Positions 59,476 through 64,000 of a DNA stretch of 64,000 bases are shown here, piece after piece. The position numbers were made by a program, and so were the translations under genes. The notes beneath the pieces were generated by a model, which saw only the letters and a program-made list of their open reading frames with translations, had not been told where the DNA came from and searched no databases. Where the stretch lies: contig NIVC01001907.1 in NCBI GenBank assembly GCA_002269645.1, positions 124,001 to 188,000 on the forward strand, in the 5' to 3' direction. This DNA comes from Macrostomum lignano (lineage: Eukaryota). Each line of letters opens with the position of its first letter. Positions within the stretch are counted from its first letter, which is position 1.

Positions 59476-62400
59476 ATGTCCCCGCTGTGGCTGCCGTCGG
59501 TGACGCTGGAGTCCGAGTGTCCAGGCATCGCTGCCCTGCTGAGCCGGCCAGCTGTCCGGCCGGAGGACATTGACCGGCTGCAGTGGGAGGCTGAGACCCT
59601 GCTAGCCAATGTGAACAAGCGCAGCTTCCTGCTTGCCGCGGAGATCAGCGGCACCCCACTGCCTGGCGGCCTGATCACCCGGTCGAACAAGTCAGAATGG
59701 CTGCCGGGAGCGGCCGTGGTCAAGTCAGTTCCCGGCAAGCCGCTGGCTCTGACCATCTCCTTGAAGCGGCGTCGCGAGGACTCGACAAGCGCTGACGGTG
59801 AGACAACGAGAAATAGCTCAGGGCTCAGTTTTTGTTGCCAGCTTTGAAATAAAAACTGTGACACGATGTTCCAATTGTTCTACTCCTAAGTGGGAATTCT
59901 GATACAGTCTAGTATGATAAGCCGCAGGTCCTAGCTGACTGCTAAAGATTTAAAGGATAGATCTGAAGGATAGATCCGAAGGATAGATCCGAAGGATAGA
60001 TCCGAAGGATAGATCCGAAGGATAGATCCGAAGGATAGATCCGAAGGATAGATCCGAAGGATAGATCCGAAGGATAGATCCGAAGGATAGATCCGAAGGA
60101 TAGATCCGAAGGATAGATCCGAAGGATAGATCCGAAGGATAGATCCGAAGGATAGATCCGAAGGATAGATCCGAAGGATAGATCCGAAGGATAGATCCGA
60201 AGGATAGATCCGAAGGATAGATCCGAAGGATAGATCCGAAGGATAGATCCGAAGGATAGATCCGAAGGATAGATCCGAAGGATAGATCCGAAGGATAGAT
60301 CCGAAGGATAGATCCGAAGGATAGATCCGAAGGATAGATCCGAAGGATAGATCCGAAGGATAGATCCGAAGGATAGATCCGAAGGATAGATCCGAAGGAT
60401 AGATCCGAAGGATAGATCCGAAGGATAGATCCGAAGGATAGATCCGAAGGATAGATCCGAAGGGTAGATCCGAAGGATAGATCCGAAGGGTAGATCCGAA
60501 TAATAGATCCAAAGGGTAGATCCGAAGGATAGATCCGAAGGACGGATAGATAAACGGACGGATAGACGGATAGATCCGAAGGACGGATAGATAGACGGAC
60601 GGATAGATCCGAAGGACGGATCCGAAGGATAGATCTGAAGGTGATAAAAAAAGCGCAACACTTCAGCAGGTGCCGCAGCCGCTGCCGACGCCTCAGCCAG
60701 TCCTCTGTCTGCCGATGAAGTTCTGGCGCCGCCGGCTAAACGAGCCGCGGCCGCCGCCGCGGTGGCCGCTTTTCCAGGAAACAACAAGCCGCTCCGACCA
60801 GGCGGTGTCTATCAGCAGCGGAAGAACAAGGCGGCTGCTGTCGCTGCGGCTGCTGCTTCTGCACCTGCTGGAGCTTCGGCTAATTCCGACTCGGCGGCGG
60901 AGTCGGCGACACCTCAGCAGCAGGCTGACGCACCGCCGGGTCTCTACGAGGTGCCGAACAAATTCTGGGCCCTGATGGAGCCGTACTGCGCCGAGATCAC
61001 GGAGGACAATCTGCACTCGCTGGAGCTGCTAATTCGATCGTACGAGATCGGCGAAGACTCCGGCTTTTTCCGGATGCCGCCGCTGCCTAACTCGGCCGCC
61101 GCCGAGGTCGCCAGCAACGGCGAGTCGAAGTCGGCCAGCGGCTTCAACGGCATTAGCAGCAGCAGCAGCAACAGCAGCAACGGCAAAAATGGTCGTAACG
61201 GCGCCATTGTCGAACATGGCGGCGAGATCGACGCTGGATTGCTGCCAACCTCCGATTCTTCCCAGCAACAGTCGGCTGGCGACAATGGCGCCGCTCTCAT
61301 GATGCGCCTGCAGGCCGAGATTTGCGTCGATTCGACGCCATTGGGCAGCGCGGACTCTGGCGCCGGCGCCGATGCGGGCGGTTTGGGGCCGCTGGCTCAG
61401 CAGCTGGTGGCCGCTCTGGTGGCCAATGACGATGAAGACAGCGGAGTCTGCAAGTCGGAGACCCTGACCGACACTGACGATCCTGGACTGGTGAGACCGG
61501 CTGCTGTGCTGTCAGTATTGAGTTTGGTCTGTCAGTAGTGAGTTCAGGACTGTGTCAGTAGTGAGTTCAGGACTGTGTCAGTAGTGAGTTCAGGACTGTG
61601 TCAGTAGTGAGTTCAGGACTTTGTCAGTAGTGAGTTCAGGACTGTGTTAGTATTGAGTTCAGGACTTTGTCAGTAGTGAGTTCAGGACTGTGTCAGTAGT
61701 GAGTTCAGGACTGTGTCAGTAGTGAGTTCAGGACTGTGTCAGTAGGGTGTTCAGGACTGTGTCAGCAGTGAGTTCAGGACTGTATCAGTAGGTAGTTCAG
61801 GACTGTGTCAGTAGTGAGTTCAGGACTGTGTCAGTAGTGAGTTCAGGACTGTGTCAGTATTGAGTTCAGGACTGTGTTAGTAGTGAGTTCAGGACTGTGT
61901 CAGTAGGGAGTTCAGGACTGTGTCAGTAGTGAGTTCAGGACTGTGTCAGTAGTGAGTTCAGGACTGTGTCAGTATTGAGTTCAGGACTGTGTCAGTAGTG
62001 AGTTCAGGACTGTGTCAGTAGGGAGTTCAGGACTGTGTCAGTATTGAGTTCAGGACTGTGTCAGTAAGGAGTTCAGGCCATCAAAGCCTCATCTCGCCGC
62101 ACCGCAGATGCAGCAGACAGCGCAGCTCGCCGCGCTGCCAACCAAGCAGCTGGCCAAACTGCTGGGGGTTTCCAACAGCTGCAAGCTGGAGCGCCGGCTC
62201 CGCAAGCAGCTCGAACGGCACGGCGTCTCGCCCGGCAGGCTCGCAGCTGCCGGGGCCGCCAGCGGCGCCGCCAGCGCTGGAGGAGCCGGCGCTGAAAGCG
62301 ACTCAGAGGGCGCGGTGGCCGCAGCCGCCGCCGCTGAAGCTGCCGCCGCCGCAGCCGCCGCGGCCGCCCAGTTGACTTCCTCATCCTCGGCCTCGGCCGA

Positions 62401-62716
62401 TCCGGACGACGAGGTGGCCACGGCGCTGCGCGGACGGCAGCGCGAGCTTCGCCGACTGTGCGACTTCAACAGGGCCACGCTGCGGCGGCTGTACGCGGCG
62501 GCCAAGCTGGACACGCAGCGGCAGGCCATCCGGCGTCGCCTGGCTGTGGCCGACGCCGACGTGGTGGAGGCGCACGCCAGGCTGCAGGCCTACCGGCAGA
62601 AGCGACGCCAGCCGTTAAAGAAGGACCGCGACGCCGCTTGGAAGGCGCTCCGCGAGCGGGCCAAGATTGTGCGCGAGCTGGAAGCGTTCGAGACCCGGCA
62701 CAAGGCGCTGCTGTGA
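59476..62716 (+). CDS. TADA3: Transcriptional adapter 3 (SAGA/ATAC HAT module)
   Basis: Exons 59476-59797, 60670-61490 and 62108-62716 (phases 1 and 0). CP..AALL.R...EDIDRLQWEAETLL, PNKFWALMEPYCAEIT, GPLAQQLVAALV and DDEVATALR.RQ.EL...AWKALRER match TADA3. Confidence 0.92.
59950..60640. repeat. 13-nt minisatellite (GAAGGATAGATCC) in TADA3 intron
   Basis: Direct. Confidence 0.97.
61520..62076. repeat. 23-nt minisatellite (GTCAGTAGTGAGTTCAGGACTGT) in TADA3 intron
   Basis: Direct. Confidence 0.96.
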
Positions 62717-64000
62717 GCGGCCGGCCAATGTCTGATGCTCCTCAGTCTTTGCTGTCCCGCGTCTCTAGTTAATAATCTCCCCTTTGTGCGTTTGAATTGT
62801 ATTCCTATTAAGTGCAACTTGCAAGTAGAAAGCCTGGGGTATAAGTCGTTTCTTAGAATTCTTTTGAAGGCCGATTTTACGCTTAAAGTCTCATTCTAAG
62901 AAAGCTTAGCAGGCAAGTCACTTTAAAATGTAAGAGCATTTGAAGTTGGAATCTCGACGGCGTGTGAAGAAGCTTAAGAAGCGGCTCCCCGGTTGTCTAC
63001 TTTTGTACGTCCTTGACTTGTACATACTGTAGTTAAAACCAGTTTGTTTTCCTATCTGAAAACTGTATTATAGCTTCATTGAAACCATTAAATTCTCCTT
63101 TGATACCAGCTCGGCACACGACGAGTTTTCCTTGTTTGTTTCACTGAATTTCATTTCGCATCAAATAAAAGTGCAACAATTTAATTAACCATTCTCTGGG
63201 TTAAAATAATTAACTTTTTATGTATAAACACTGTACTTTTAAGCTAATGCTTGGCTTGTTTTTGCTTGCATTATTTAAATTTAATCATCTACGGATGCAA
63301 TTGTATCTTGCATCATAAACGCTCTCAAAAAACATGATCCTACCTATATAAGTAAAACATCGCGGCGTCCCGGTATTAGTCAGTTTTAGCATTGGCCGGC
63401 TGATCAGGTTGAGTGTGCGTTACATGGATGCACTCTTATGCAACTCGATCTGTACAATCTGTACATCGATTGCGTGCAGACGTGCCTCGCAAGCGTTTAA
63501 TTGCATGTCTGCTGTCTGTGACATGCATAGCCGGCCCTTTTTGCATGTACAAGCTATGATCGTAATCACTCTGTATGCATAGTATTGCCAGGTAAGAGTA
63601 TTTACTACTTCACGCTACGCTATTCTAAAGTCTATTTTTTAGTACGATGTCTATTGAATTTTGCGGTCTTCTTTAAACAGTGAGCGAATATAACTTGGCC
63701 ATGGACTGCGATCGATTCAACGGTTGAGCAACGATAATGCCTTAAAGGGCTCAGTTTAGTTCGGCCTTTCAATTCTCTAACATTGCACGCATGTAAATAG
63801 TAGCAGACTAATAGATTGTCTTCAAAAGATTCTGAAAGCCAGCTCAGTTTGCTCAGGATAATTGCTCGGCGAAGACGAAGGTTTCCTAGAAAAAACGATT
63901 TTTTATTCATCACAAAAATCTTAACAAACTGGCTGTATAAATTAAGACACTATTTAAATTTTCTATGAGATACTTGAAAATTCTGCTAAGCTGTAAAAAT

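Noticed and set aside
59931-60787. Long minus-strand RIYPSDLSFGSIL ORFs
   Set aside because: Translation of the 13-nt minisatellite.
62077-62107. TADA3 acceptor supplied by the last repeat unit (GAGTTCAG|G)
   Set aside because: Wrong phase; the acceptor at 62107 fits the upstream phase-0 donor.

Overview
Animal (metazoan) genomic DNA. GC-rich exons full of poly-Ala/Gln and introns packed with private minisatellites most resemble the flatworm Macrostomum lignano (inference). Host genes, assembled by hand from splice sites and phase checks: a UPF0489/C5orf22-like gene (+, 5' end outside the window), an otopetrin proton channel (-, 9 exons), a 78-aa three-exon orphan (-), a divergent RPL32 (-), a C2H2 zinc-finger gene (+), acylglycerol kinase AGK (+), an ankyrin/SOCS-box gene (+) and TADA3 (+). 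The standout is an apparently intact 8.6-kb CACTA/EnSpm (CMC) DNA transposon (31938-40537; CCC...GGG TIRs, AT target duplication) in zinc-finger intron 1. It carries three same-strand genes: a spliced DDE transposase, a small protein whose C-terminus matches the CtIP/Sae2 DNA-end-resection domain (CxxC + RHR), and a spliced coiled-coil/BEN-domain protein. A 2.1-kb mini Maverick/Polinton (AGTAGT termini, TCTAGG TSD) retaining only an adenain-type protease remnant lies in an AGK intron. Also present: LINE fragments, two tRNA-derived SINEs, MITEs, a hairpin-rich GC island, and a strongly CpG-depleted AT-rich domain with decayed ORFs. Family assignments rest on motifs recalled from memory; no database search was run.
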